From IMG/VR virus record IMGVR_UViG_3300008255_000107: 64,000 nucleotides of DNA, one strand, 5' to 3'. A program made the translations under genes and the position numbers. Origin of the DNA: a virus (lineage: Duplodnaviria; Heunggongvirae; Uroviricota; Caudoviricetes). The notes under the pieces are model-generated. The model was not told the origin of the DNA. It worked only from the letters and a program-made list of their open reading frames with translations, and searched no databases. Every line of letters starts with the position of its first letter. Within the stretch, counting starts at the first letter, position 1. Shown here piece after piece: positions 1 to 9,138 of the stretch.

Positions 1-283
1 TCCCCAAAAGCAATAATAGCGATGGGCTCAGAGTGGGGGAACTTCACACACAGGTCGCTGTTGATCTTTTCCGCGGCCCACGCACGCTTCTGTTCCTTAA
101 GTCTATCCTGGATGAGCTCTGGTAGCTCCCGGTATTTGTGAGCGGGGGTGTCTACCCAAATGAAATCGGATTTGCTTGTCGATTTACATTTTACGCATTC
201 CCATCTTCCGCCGCCGCGAGCGCTGAACTTAGAGCCCCCACATTTACATTCTAAAGGCCGTTCGGTTTCTTGCTCACTCATGG
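1..283 (-). CDS. Partial CDS running off the window start. ATG at 283 (ctcactcatggc on the plus strand). Translation MSEQETERPLECKCGGSKFSARGGGRWECVKCKS... carries a C4 zinc-ribbon pattern.
   Basis: Manual reverse translation of 1..283. CxC...CxxC motif. Not in the ORF track because no stop falls inside the window. Confidence 0.45.
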
Positions 284-431
284 CTTAGCCCCTTTGGTTG
301 TTTACCCTAGTGTACTTTGAAAAACCGATATGTAAAGAGTATTCAAAAATCTAAAGTAGGGGATCCACCCGCGCATTGTTAAAATATTTTAGCGCGATAG
401 TTAAGAGACCTTTGGGTGGGTCATTCAAAAC

Positions 432-1088
432 CTATAGGACGGGGGTGCTTCGTGTGCCCCCAGGTAAATTAAAATGAATGATTCGGTTTATTTCGTCCAC
501 GTCTTCGGGTGTCACCCCCGCACCAAACAGATTGCCTGATTGGCATATATTCTCTGCAAGTACCTTTTCCAGATCATCGCTTGACCCTAGATAGTCGGTG
601 GGGCATAGCTGCACTTCCCTGGATAAACGCTCCAGATAAGTTCCCGCCAATCGGTCACCGGCGTTCATGGCGTATAGCAGGGTACCTGGTGCAATGATAT
701 GTTCCCTGGGATCACTTAGGGCGTGAAGCAATACCCCAAGTAGTAGCGGTTTCTCAACTATGTGGTAGTTATGAGTGGGATTGCGCTGCAGGTGCCTTTC
801 ACCCAGGTTCATTTCTATTTGCCAGTACCTGTAATCCTCGTCCGGGCTTCCCCTCGTTTCCCGTAGTAGCATTTGGAGGCGGGGTTGTCGGGATGGGGTG
901 TCTAGTTCCTTGCTGTACACATCTCCTAGATGGTGACACCTATCTATGAATCCTTCACCGCAGTCTGGCACAAGGTACACCATACGGTGGGATCGATTAC
1001 CGAACAGTCCTAACCAAAAGTTCTCTTCGAAAACTTTGGAACATATTTCTTGTTCCCAGCGATGTTTCGGATGCTCTTCTAAGGGCAT
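432..1088 (-). CDS. hypothetical protein (218 aa)
   Basis: Long ORF on the dominant strand, no recognisable motif. Confidence 0.5.
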   Translation of the reverse strand: MPLEEHPKHRWEQEICSKVFEENFWLGLFGNRSHRMVYLVPDCGEGFIDRCHHLGDVYSKELDTPSRQPRLQMLLRETRGSPDEDYRYWQIEMNLGERHLQRNPTHNYHIVEKPLLLGVLLHALSDPREHIIAPGTLLYAMNAGDRLAGTYLERLSREVQLCPTDYLGSSDDLEKVLAENICQSGNLFGAGVTPEDVDEINRIIHFNLPGGTRSTPVL

Positions 1089-1500
1089 CGTAAGTACCCC
1101 CCTTATTTTTCCCGTTCCAAAGAACCAAAAGGTAATCGGAGCGATCCACTATGTAACCATTCCGGGCCATGTAATATTTTGGGTCGTACTTCGTATCCTC
1201 GAATAGCACGACTGTACTGGCCGCCTTCTCCATAAGGCGATAGTACTTTAGGCGATCCTGAGGATTCCAAGACAACGGTTGCCCAGACATAGGAACTATC
1301 GCGTTGAAGGGTATGCCCACTTCAACGCATACTTCGGCTACAGCCACGTCCATACCCAAAGCCATCCCTGTAAGTACTAGTCTCGGTTTTAAATCCTCAA
1401 GGTTTTCCTGGATCAAATCTTTTAGGACATCGTACCCATCGGGGTGGTAACCCCATGCTTTGGGACGATGCCCAGAGACACCTAGGACCTCAATACACAC
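997..1500 (-). CDS. SLOG/YpsA-like (DUF1273-like) Rossmann-fold protein
   Basis: GHRPK near the N-terminus and LVLTGMALGMDVAVAEV, resembling the YpsA/SLOG TGHRP and GxxGxD signatures. A paralogous pattern occurs at 47200..47649. Confidence 0.45.
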   Translation of the reverse strand: MCIEVLGVSGHRPKAWGYHPDGYDVLKDLIQENLEDLKPRLVLTGMALGMDVAVAEVCVEVGIPFNAIVPMSGQPLSWNPQDRLKYYRLMEKAASTVVLFEDTKYDPKYYMARNGYIVDRSDYLLVLWNGKNKGGTYDALRRASETSLGTRNMFQSFRRELLVRTVR

Positions 1501-3709
1501 GCTTGGTACGGAACGAGTCCGTCCCCCGTACAGGTACTTTGTGGGCGGCAGCTTTTCTGGCGATGTCTTCCCCGCTTATGAAAAGATCCCTGGACAGATC
1601 CCTGGACAGATCCGTCAGGGCTTCCATTAACGCAGGGTCCTTGAATAGCTCAAAAACTTCTTTTAGGGCTACTGATGCTGCCCTCTCGAGTAATTTCCTA
1701 TCCGTGGACGTTTCTAAGATGTACTCATCGCACTCCGTGTCTTTGGCACCTGCAGAAGCATAGGGGATGTTAACGTCGTAGGGAGGTTTTCTAAAGTGTA
1801 GTAGTGCCCTGCGTACAGGGCCGTAAACCTTTTTCTCCAGACGCGGCCGGAAACCTTCGACTCTAACCATACGTACAAGGTCCCTACCCAATTCCGCCAA
1901 ATCACGGGCATGACCGGTGCATGCTGTTGGACCCTGCAACACGTAGTTGGCTGCATAACCAGCCAGGGATATTAACAGGTGGGACCACATGTTTTCGAAA
2001 TTGTTTAGGTACTCCTCCTCGGCTATCGTCTGGGCACCATCTTCATCGACGAAACAACACACTGGGGCTTTCCCTGTGCAGACCCACACGGCCAAGGCGT
2101 GTCCAATCTCATGAACAGACTTCATGTATGTCTCGGATTCGCTGCCCAAGATCACATCAGCCACACGATCCCTGTCACCTAACATAGGGTAGTACCCATT
2201 CAATTCCGTGTCGCAATTGATAACGAGGGCTTTGTGAAATCTGCTGTATGACACCGTGACGGGCGACTGGGGGTTTTGCTGGTAAAGTGTGGTAAGTATG
2301 AAGGTGCATGTGTCTTGAATGGAGGAGAACACCGGCCGCACACCCTGAACGGGGTATACACCGTTTCTGTACACGTAGTCGTAGACGGATGAGTCAATGT
2401 GTTTGATCTCGAACTCACCCTGAACAGTTCCCAGCACCTGTTCGTCTAGGTTCCGTTTGATCAATTCGCGGAAGTGGGCCTCACCAAGGGTGGGGTACAC
2501 AATATGAATGTTGCCCAGTCTAGCAACTTGTTCTGGAAAAAACAGTTTGGACAGCTCTTTTTTTACGTCGAAGATCGTTATGCGACGGCACCAATCTCGG
2601 TATATGTCTGCTGGAATGAACGGAGAAGTGCTGGGCAAGTTTTCCTCATACACACCATCTAGGTTACCCAGGACAAAAATAAGGTTTTTCCTGAAATCAT
2701 TTTCATAACTGATACGATTGGAAGGGGAGCTGTTGATAACTTTCTCCACGGCCTCCATCAGGCCCTCTACGGTACCATCGTGTGGGTACCCTTTATTGGT
2801 GATGAACTTTGATATTTTTCTAAAGTTTGCACCCAAATCCATTATGTTCTCAGTGCCCCTTCTAGAGTACTCACACATGTAGTACACATTCTCAGGATCA
2901 CGGTATTTCAGATTTTCTAGGAGGTACTCTCTAAGCCAAGGTTCCATGCTAAGCTTGGCTTGGATTAGAGATACTTTTTCCTCTTCCTTGCTAGACTCCT
3001 GGATGCTATCGTAGAACTTATCGGCAGCCTCATCGGTGAGATGCATACCACCGTCCATAACGGATTCCACAAAGGCAGGACTTTCCTTCGCTACCACGGG
3101 ATCTGGGGGTTCCCCCGCTAGATCCTCCAGCATCCTCTCCAAAGCGCTTTCGGCTCTTTTGGAGAACCTAGACACCTGAAAACCGTGAAAGGGGACATAA
3201 CCGAAGTCCCTGCAAGCAGAGTACAGATCGCCCTTGTCCATAGTCTGGACAATGACCCCATCTGACAATATCTGCCAAACGTCTTTGTAACCCAAACCGC
3301 GACGGGACGTACCGTCATTCTCTTTGGTCTTGTATCGTTGGAACTCGTCCAGGACCATGATGCCTGGTAACCCTAGTGATAGATCCATGCAATCCTCATG
3401 CACGGAGTCCAGCAGGGAGTGCTCACCCTCGTGGTCTGAGAATATTTGTTCCAGGAACCTATCTTCCATACCAAGAAACATTTTGAGGTCTCGGACCAGG
3501 TCAGTCTTACCCACACCCGTTGGACCCCACAGATTGATTATGAGGGGGCGGTGCACTCTTTCTGGGGTGACGTACCAGAAGGATATACGGTCGACGATTG
3601 AATCGATCTGATCATCGATACCTATGAACTTATTCTTAAGTTCACTACGTGCGACTTTTAAACGATCCCTGCGCTCAGAGGCCGTTTTAGGGTAGGGGTA
3701 TTGACTCAA
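1490..3709 (-). CDS. AAA+ ATPase fused to an HEXXH zinc metalloprotease (FtsH/M41-like, no TM segment)
   Basis: Walker [14 protein letters not shown] near residue 60 and Walker B-like [16 protein letters not shown] (the FtsH-type HExGH) near residue 540. The 12-nt tandem duplication ccctggacagat x2 at about 1585..1610 encodes LSRDLSRDL. Confidence 0.55.
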   Translation of the reverse strand: MSQYPYPKTASERRDRLKVARSELKNKFIGIDDQIDSIVDRISFWYVTPERVHRPLIINLWGPTGVGKTDLVRDLKMFLGMEDRFLEQIFSDHEGEHSLLDSVHEDCMDLSLGLPGIMVLDEFQRYKTKENDGTSRRGLGYKDVWQILSDGVIVQTMDKGDLYSACRDFGYVPFHGFQVSRFSKRAESALERMLEDLAGEPPDPVVAKESPAFVESVMDGGMHLTDEAADKFYDSIQESSKEEEKVSLIQAKLSMEPWLREYLLENLKYRDPENVYYMCEYSRRGTENIMDLGANFRKISKFITNKGYPHDGTVEGLMEAVEKVINSSPSNRISYENDFRKNLIFVLGNLDGVYEENLPSTSPFIPADIYRDWCRRITIFDVKKELSKLFFPEQVARLGNIHIVYPTLGEAHFRELIKRNLDEQVLGTVQGEFEIKHIDSSVYDYVYRNGVYPVQGVRPVFSSIQDTCTFILTTLYQQNPQSPVTVSYSRFHKALVINCDTELNGYYPMLGDRDRVADVILGSESETYMKSVHEIGHALAVWVCTGKAPVCCFVDEDGAQTIAEEEYLNNFENMWSHLLISLAGYAANYVLQGPTACTGHARDLAELGRDLVRMVRVEGFRPRLEKKVYGPVRRALLHFRKPPYDVNIPYASAGAKDTECDEYILETSTDRKLLERAASVALKEVFELFKDPALMEALTDLSRDLSRDLFISGEDIARKAAAHKVPVRGTDSFRTKRVY

Positions 3710-3927
3710 TTTTTGTACCTGAATGTGATACGACCACGAGAGAGGTCGTAGGGGCTTAACTCAATGACCACACGGTCATCAGGAAGAATGCGAATGAAAT
3801 GCTTACGGATCTTTCCGGAGATGTGCGCCAGCACTTCTGACCCATTGTCCAGCTTTGCTTTGAACCGGTCGCCGCCCAAGGCCTCTGTCACAACCGCTTC
3901 TACTTGGATGCCTTCTTCTTTAGCCAT
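3706..3927 (-). CDS. infA: translation initiation factor IF-1
   Basis: [73 protein letters not shown] aligns residue-for-residue with bacterial IF-1 (AHISGKMRKNYIRIL..GD.V.VELTPYDL..GRI.FR). 73 aa. Confidence 0.9.
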   Translation of the reverse strand: MAKEEGIQVEAVVTEALGGDRFKAKLDNGSEVLAHISGKIRKHFIRILPDDRVVIELSPYDLSRGRITFRYKN

Positions 3928-4020
3928 GTTTCCTCGTACCCCCTTTGGGGATGGTGTTTGAACTAGTTACTTGAAAACTACAAAGTATATATAGAAACCC
4001 AGTGGTTTTTTAACAAAGCC

Positions 4021-4743
4021 CTATGCTTTTTTACGTACTTCCAGTACAAGGCCACTTCCTGTGTGGACAAACTGAACATCGTAGTCCTCGGGGGACCCGT
4101 CCAAGCTTAACCTTACAAAAGTTCTGTAAACAGGTACACTGCGTGGTGGGTTCTTAACCTTAGTCGCAGGCTTAGCCGATACCCTAGGTTCCTTCTTAGG
4201 GATCTTTTCTGTATTCTTATCCAGGGGTTTGACTCCACCCTCGGGGTAAAGTTTGTGGAATCTTTCTGACGACAAGGCGTCACAGCGATAAGCTACACCG
4301 CGTTGGTCACCCACTACGTCTATGATGTCCTTGTCCTTCATAGAGTAAGGACTGCGGCCCTTGCTTATAAGGTACTCAGCGGTGGCTACGATGCGGTCGA
4401 AGATCTCTCGCTGAAATTTGTTGACAACCCCAATGGCCATCTGAGACCTTCTGAAACAGTCCTGGGAAACTTTGTGCCCTAAGACTGCTTCCACATCGTG
4501 CCTTTTCATATGGGGGTTGTTAGCGATTACTCTGGCGCACTCGTCCCTTCTTTGCGACGATCGGAACCAAGAGTTAACCAGTGGGGGTATTTTTTCCTTC
4601 GCAACTTTTGGCGGAGGAGCTACTGCCGCTAGGGCCATGTCCCAGATGGGGTTGGGTAAGGGATACCCTATCTTGGATTCCAAAACGGATCTTTCCATTT
4701 TTGGATTCTTTTTCAAAAATTTAATGGCCAGAGTTAGGGACAT
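4021..4743 (-). CDS. hypothetical protein (240 aa)
   Basis: ORF on the dominant strand, basic C-terminus. Confidence 0.5.
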   Translation of the reverse strand: MSLTLAIKFLKKNPKMERSVLESKIGYPLPNPIWDMALAAVAPPPKVAKEKIPPLVNSWFRSSQRRDECARVIANNPHMKRHDVEAVLGHKVSQDCFRRSQMAIGVVNKFQREIFDRIVATAEYLISKGRSPYSMKDKDIIDVVGDQRGVAYRCDALSSERFHKLYPEGGVKPLDKNTEKIPKKEPRVSAKPATKVKNPPRSVPVYRTFVRLSLDGSPEDYDVQFVHTGSGLVLEVRKKA

Positions 4744-4791
4744 AGCTTCTCCTAAAGGTGTAGGACAATGTACAGACCCTTACACTTTTTT

Positions 4792-5166
4792 TTAACCATT
4801 TTTCTGCGGACCCCTACGGCGACGGGGTCTGTCCCTCTCAGGACGTTCCCCTTCGGCAGTCGGTTTACGTGGTGGTCTAGGTTTTTCCTTAGAGGCTTCC
4901 TCAGGCTTTCGTGGAGGTGTCCTTACAGTTAGGTTACCGCCTGACCCCATGTTCGCAAAACCAGCCCCTAGGGCTGACCGCTCCCAATGGGATACACTGT
5001 GGTAGGTAGACTTGCACTCGGAGCACACGTGGCGCCAAACAGTTATGCCGCTACCGGGAACCATTATAGGGTCACCTGTTTCGGATTTTTTGGAGAAGTG
5101 CTTGTTCTTGTACTCGGCTACTATCTCCGAGGTGAATATGCACTTGTGGATCTTTATCTTGTTCAT
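4792..5166 (-). CDS. hypothetical small basic protein with a putative zinc ribbon (CSECKS...H..H)
   Basis: ORF only. Arg/Pro-rich C-terminal tail. Confidence 0.4.
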   Translation of the reverse strand: MNKIKIHKCIFTSEIVAEYKNKHFSKKSETGDPIMVPGSGITVWRHVCSECKSTYHSVSHWERSALGAGFANMGSGGNLTVRTPPRKPEEASKEKPRPPRKPTAEGERPERDRPRRRRGPQKNG

Positions 5167-5765
5167 TTTGAATTCCTACGGGCAAAGAGCCCACCTCCTG
5201 CATTCTTCCAACGGGAGTTGGATCGCAGGGGCATGTCTTCTCTGCTAAGAGTGTTTATGGTGTCCGCCACTAGGCGTAACACCTCATCGGGGTCGCCATC
5301 TATCGCAGCATACTCCCGAATTTCTTCTAAAATTTGGCGGGCCCTGTCTTGGTCTATAACGACCAAAGGGTCAGGGTTGACGGGTTGGAAGTACCAATCC
5401 TTTTCCAAAGGTTTGTCGATCGCTGAATCCAGAATCTCCAACCACTGACGCTGTGAAGCTAACCCTTCATTGAATCCCGGTATGATCCTTCCACGGGCGG
5501 CAAGCATCCTCTTAATTTTAGAGGTCATGTACCCGTTGACAGTACCACCTTTTATAGTCTCCAGGATGTAAGGCTTCATGCCGAACTGGCGTATCATCAG
5601 AAGAGTGGTGTCCTCGTCTACACCGGAGAGCCTAGCCACATCGGGTAAAAGTAAAAAGTCTCTCTCAGACAGGTGGACGGCCAGCTTCAGAGGAGGAGCT
5701 TTTTGGCGATGAATTAACTTACGAGGTGGCATCCTATATGTATACCTTTCCTGATACATCCGCAA
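5163..5765 (-). CDS. hypothetical protein (200 aa). The true start may be an internal Met, because the ORF overlaps the upstream gene by about 30 nt.
   Basis: ORF, stop overlaps the next start as ATGA. Confidence 0.45.
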   Translation of the reverse strand: MRMYQERYTYRMPPRKLIHRQKAPPLKLAVHLSERDFLLLPDVARLSGVDEDTTLLMIRQFGMKPYILETIKGGTVNGYMTSKIKRMLAARGRIIPGFNEGLASQRQWLEILDSAIDKPLEKDWYFQPVNPDPLVVIDQDRARQILEEIREYAAIDGDPDEVLRLVADTINTLSREDMPLRSNSRWKNAGGGLFARRNSK

Positions 5766-6987
5766 ACTTAACGGTATCGTTTAACCTGTATAGAGCCCAG
5801 TACTTCTGGGGGTCCAAGGGTCCCTCCCCTAGGAACTTGGTTATCTCCGTGGCTATGATACCCTTTACGTACCTGTCCAGGGTACGGTAGTTGTGCATAA
5901 GCCAGAGTAGGAATAAGTCATACTCCTTTGTGCCGGCATTCCTGATAATAGCAGGAAGTGCCAGACTCAACAAACTGATGGGAAGCTGCACCGACCTACG
6001 CAACTCGATGGATAGGGCCTTAGCTTCTTCAGTGCGCCTACCAAAAGTGGAACTGTAGAAACCCATGTAAGGTATACCGGACTTCTTGGCTACGTACCCG
6101 TTTATTCTGTTGCGGAAGTACAACCCAACATCCGTTAGCTTCTCTTCCCACCAAGGGTCTCCATTAGGCATACCACCTTCAAAGGAACTAGCCTGCTCCA
6201 TCTTGTCATTCACCGCCCACCCACACCAACTAAGGCTGTGTGCGGATATGAGGTCAAGCCAGGCATCGAAGCTATTGAAGTCGGGTACTCCGTCGCCATC
6301 CGCCTCAGACACGCCACACTCACTTATGAATACGGGTAGCTCCGCCTGCAAAGCCCTTAGCAAGCTATTACGATCGGCGTCCTTGTGGGTGGCTGAGTAA
6401 AAGTGAAAGGTGTACATGATGTTTGGCCTGTCTACAGGGTTGTGTAGGGGTGATTCCAGATCCTTACACCAATCAAGAGTACCCACGAGGCACACAGCAC
6501 TGGGGGCAAATGACCTCACTGTGTCTATGGCTTGCTCCGAGTAATGCTTCACGGCCTCCCATATATCCAGTAGGGGCTCGTTCAGAACTTCGTAAATGAT
6601 GTTAGGGATATCCCCGTACTTGGATGCCACTGCTTCCAGAAGGTTTAGGCTTGCACCCAGGTCCCGGAGAGCGTGATGGTTATGAACATCCATGATGACG
6701 TACACCCCCGCAGCAATGGCGGCATCGATGACGGGGAATAGCTGTTCGAGCTCGGCGGCCAAATGCCCAACGTAACCAGTCTCTACCTCATGGGAACCCA
6801 CGGGCAAGCGGATAACATCGCAACCCCATGTTTTGGAAAGATGCTCCACCGATTGGGGGCTCCAGTACTTCTTACCCCACATGCTCCAATACAGGCTCAT
6901 ACCCCGGAGGGATATAACTTGGGGCCCTTGATCTGTAAGTGCTGTGAGTTTACAGTCGATAACCTGTAAAGGCGATATTGTCGTCAT
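5734..6987 (-). CDS. glycoside hydrolase family 5 (cellulase-like) protein
   Basis: VYVIMDVHNHH and NIIYEVLNEP (the GH5 catalytic NEP motif), with a GH5-like (beta/alpha)8 layout. Confidence 0.65.
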   Translation of the reverse strand: MTTISPLQVIDCKLTALTDQGPQVISLRGMSLYWSMWGKKYWSPQSVEHLSKTWGCDVIRLPVGSHEVETGYVGHLAAELEQLFPVIDAAIAAGVYVIMDVHNHHALRDLGASLNLLEAVASKYGDIPNIIYEVLNEPLLDIWEAVKHYSEQAIDTVRSFAPSAVCLVGTLDWCKDLESPLHNPVDRPNIMYTFHFYSATHKDADRNSLLRALQAELPVFISECGVSEADGDGVPDFNSFDAWLDLISAHSLSWCGWAVNDKMEQASSFEGGMPNGDPWWEEKLTDVGLYFRNRINGYVAKKSGIPYMGFYSSTFGRRTEEAKALSIELRRSVQLPISLLSLALPAIIRNAGTKEYDLFLLWLMHNYRTLDRYVKGIIATEITKFLGEGPLDPQKYWALYRLNDTVKFADVSGKVYI

Positions 6988-7050
6988 TGTGGTCCTGCAG
7001 GGGGGTTCATACTTAAGCTAATGTAAAGCTTATTTATGGATTTTTAAACT

Positions 7051-7085
7051 AAAAAGCGCCCTGGAGTACCAGGGCGCCCTAAAAA
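7051..7085. terminator. bidirectional rho-independent terminator hairpin (gcgccctgg agta ccagggcgc) flanked by A/T runs
   Basis: Perfect 9-bp stem at 7056..7077 with A5 upstream and A5 downstream (T-runs on the minus strand). Lies between two convergent or tandem minus-strand genes. Confidence 0.7.
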
Positions 7086-8495
7086 TTATTGGAAGTTTCT
7101 ACGGTAATCAACCAACCAACTGGTACCGTCGTCGTAGGTTACACCTTCTACGCGGTCTACTTCGTTGGGGCCCTGTGAAGGACTGTAACCGGTGCTGCCG
7201 GGGAACTTCCACTCTGCGGGGTTTGCCCATGACCATCCACCAGACCCATCCTGAGACACTCTCATATCAAAAGTATTAACCACACCTGGAGTCACGCCTG
7301 TGATACCGATGGAGGTAACATTTTCAGTAAGGACAATGTCGAAGTAAGAGTCTTGGTACAAGTCCAAAATAAGTTCACCAGACGAGCTTGCAGGTGTGCC
7401 CATGGTCATAACAGGGTACGACCCCGTGACACCTTGAGCACCAGTATCGCCCTGAACACCTGTTTCTCCCATGGGCCCAACAGGTCCTGTGGACCCATCT
7501 ATACCAGTTTCACCCTGTGATCCAGTATCACCTTGTATACCAGTTTCTCCTTGAGATCCGGTTTCACCTTGGGTACCAGTATCACCTTGTGATCCCGTCT
7601 CACCTTGGGGGGCACCTGACGGTCCTGTGGCTCCAGGAGCACCAGTTTCACCTTGTGACCCTGTCTCTCCTTGAGGAGCTCCTGCAGGGCCAGTAGCCCC
7701 TGCTAGGCCTGTATCACCCTGTGGGCCTGTTTCGCCCACACCAGTTTCACCTTGAGAACCCATGGCACCAGTTTCACCAAGAGCTCCGGTAAGACCGCGA
7801 GCCCCTGTGTCACCTTTAAAACCTGTGGCACCCTTAGCACCAGTGGGTCCTGGGAAACCTAGAGGTCCCTGGATACCTTGTACACCTTGGATACCCTGAG
7901 TACCGGTTTCACCTTTGGAACCATCAGTACCCGCGGCACCGGTTTCACCTGGGGCCCCCGTCTCTCCCTGAGATCCGGTTTCACCTTGTGACCCTGTTTC
8001 ACCTTGGGGTCCAGGCCACCCTTGGTATCCTGGGATACCTTGGACACCCGTTTCTCCCTGAGATCCCGTTTCACCTTGAGATCCAGTTTCACCTTTGGGT
8101 CCTACGGGTCCTCCGCTGGGGCCAGTAGCACCAGCTAAACCCGTGTCACCTTGGGATCCTGTTTCACCTTGAGAACCAGTTTCACCCTGAGGGCCAGTTG
8201 CTCCAGCTAAACCAGTTTCACCCTGAGATCCAGTTTCACCCTGGGACCCAGTTTCCCCTTGCGATCCAGTAGCGCCTTGGGGTCCAGTGGACCCTTCAAT
8301 GCCTGTCTCGCCTAGAGGGCCTGTAGCTCCAGGACCCGTATGGCCTTGAGGACCGGTAGCACCAGGTTCACCAGTAGAGCCGGCTTCACCCGTAGCACCC
8401 CATCCTGTTTCTCCTCGCACACCATCAGGTCCGGTGGACCCTACACCGGTCTCTCCTTTCGAATTGGAGATCCATTCTGGTTTAATCTTAGCCAT
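7086..8495 (-). CDS. collagen-like triple-helix repeat protein: about 330 aa of G-X-Y (GETGSQ/GATGPQ) repeats followed by a roughly 110-aa C-terminal globular domain
   Basis: Uninterrupted Gly-X-Y repeats in the translation. N-terminus [16 protein letters not shown] upstream of 8495. Confidence 0.85.
   Translation of the reverse strand: MAKIKPEWISNSKGETGVGSTGPDGVRGETGWGATGEAGSTGEPGATGPQGHTGPGATGPLGETGIEGSTGPQGATGSQGETGSQGETGSQGETGLAGATGPQGETGSQGETGSQGDTGLAGATGPSGGPVGPKGETGSQGETGSQGETGVQGIPGYQGWPGPQGETGSQGETGSQGETGAPGETGAAGTDGSKGETGTQGIQGVQGIQGPLGFPGPTGAKGATGFKGDTGARGLTGALGETGAMGSQGETGVGETGPQGDTGLAGATGPAGAPQGETGSQGETGAPGATGPSGAPQGETGSQGDTGTQGETGSQGETGIQGDTGSQGETGIDGSTGPVGPMGETGVQGDTGAQGVTGSYPVMTMGTPASSSGELILDLYQDSYFDIVLTENVTSIGITGVTPGVVNTFDMRVSQDGSGGWSWANPAEWKFPGSTGYSPSQGPNEVDRVEGVTYDDGTSWLVDYRRNFQ
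7430..8460. repeat. tandem degenerate 18-nt (6-codon) repeats encoding the collagen-like G-X-Y array
   Basis: Repeated ccagtttcaccttgagatcc, ccagtttcaccctgggaccc and related units visible in the sequence. Confidence 0.8.
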
Positions 8496-8738
8496 ACTAG
8501 CACAGGTCCTTGTTAATTACGTACGATGGGTTGTCTGCTGATAGCGATGGGGTTATGTATGTGGGAGTTGTTCGCAGCACCCGCACGGGATACCTTAAAC
8601 TCTTCCACAGCTTCCGTGGGAGAAACCCCGGCGCGATTACCAGAAGTGGCCTGGGGTACAGGAGACCCCAGTCCTTTCAAAGCACGTGTAGTTCCATTGG
8701 CGATTCCGCCTGGTCTTGAACGGGACATAGAAAACTCC

Positions 8739-9047
8739 TTAAGCCCCGCCTTCCACAAGTCCATCTTCCGTGGCACCTGCTGGAGGTGGGGGTGTGGTAG
8801 GTGGCGCTTCCTGGATGGTAGCAGAGGTTTGTTGGGCAGGTTTTTGAATCCTGATAGGGTTGACGGTAGCAAGAAGCTTCTCAACACGTTCCACCACATG
8901 AGTGTGCACTATGGGCAAACTGTTCTGGAGGTCTTCCAGGATGGCCAGAACCACAAAACCCTTGATGGCGTAATCGCCACTGGGGTGGATTTCTTTGGCG
9001 CCAGGTGGCACTTCTAAAGGCTGTTTTTCTTTTTGTTCTTCGGACAC
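8739..9047 (-). CDS. hypothetical protein (102 aa), Pro/Thr-rich C-terminus
   Basis: SD AAGAGG 8 nt upstream of the ATG at 9047. Preferred over the overlapping ORF 8513..8899. Confidence 0.45.
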   Translation of the reverse strand: MSEEQKEKQPLEVPPGAKEIHPSGDYAIKGFVVLAILEDLQNSLPIVHTHVVERVEKLLATVNPIRIQKPAQQTSATIQEAPPTTPPPPAGATEDGLVEGGA

Positions 9048-9080
9048 GTGTTACCTCTTGTATTTGGATTTGTGATAAAC

Positions 9081-9115
9081 AGAGGGACATAGCCCTCTTC
9101 AGACTATGTCCCTCT
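9081..9115. terminator. hairpin terminator (agagggacatag ... ctatgtccctct) downstream of the 9139..11118 gene
   Basis: 12-bp perfect stem. On the minus strand it is followed by a T-rich stretch. Confidence 0.55.
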
Positions 9116-9138
9116 CGATTAGAAGATTATCCCAAAAA

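Noticed and set aside
1714-3611. Multiple 60-100 aa ORFs on both strands inside the 1490..3709 gene, and similar ORFs inside other long genes (for example 11347..16185, 55267..58724)
   Set aside because: Embedded in long, motif-supported ORFs of the opposite or same strand. Typical shadow ORFs.
8513-8899. 128-aa minus-strand ORF overlapping both 8739..9047 and the 8526..9017 plus-strand ORF
   Set aside because: Overlaps a better-supported gene (SD-preceded, 8739..9047) in another frame and runs past the collagen-like gene start. Probably spurious, although a small gene between 8495 and 8739 cannot be excluded.
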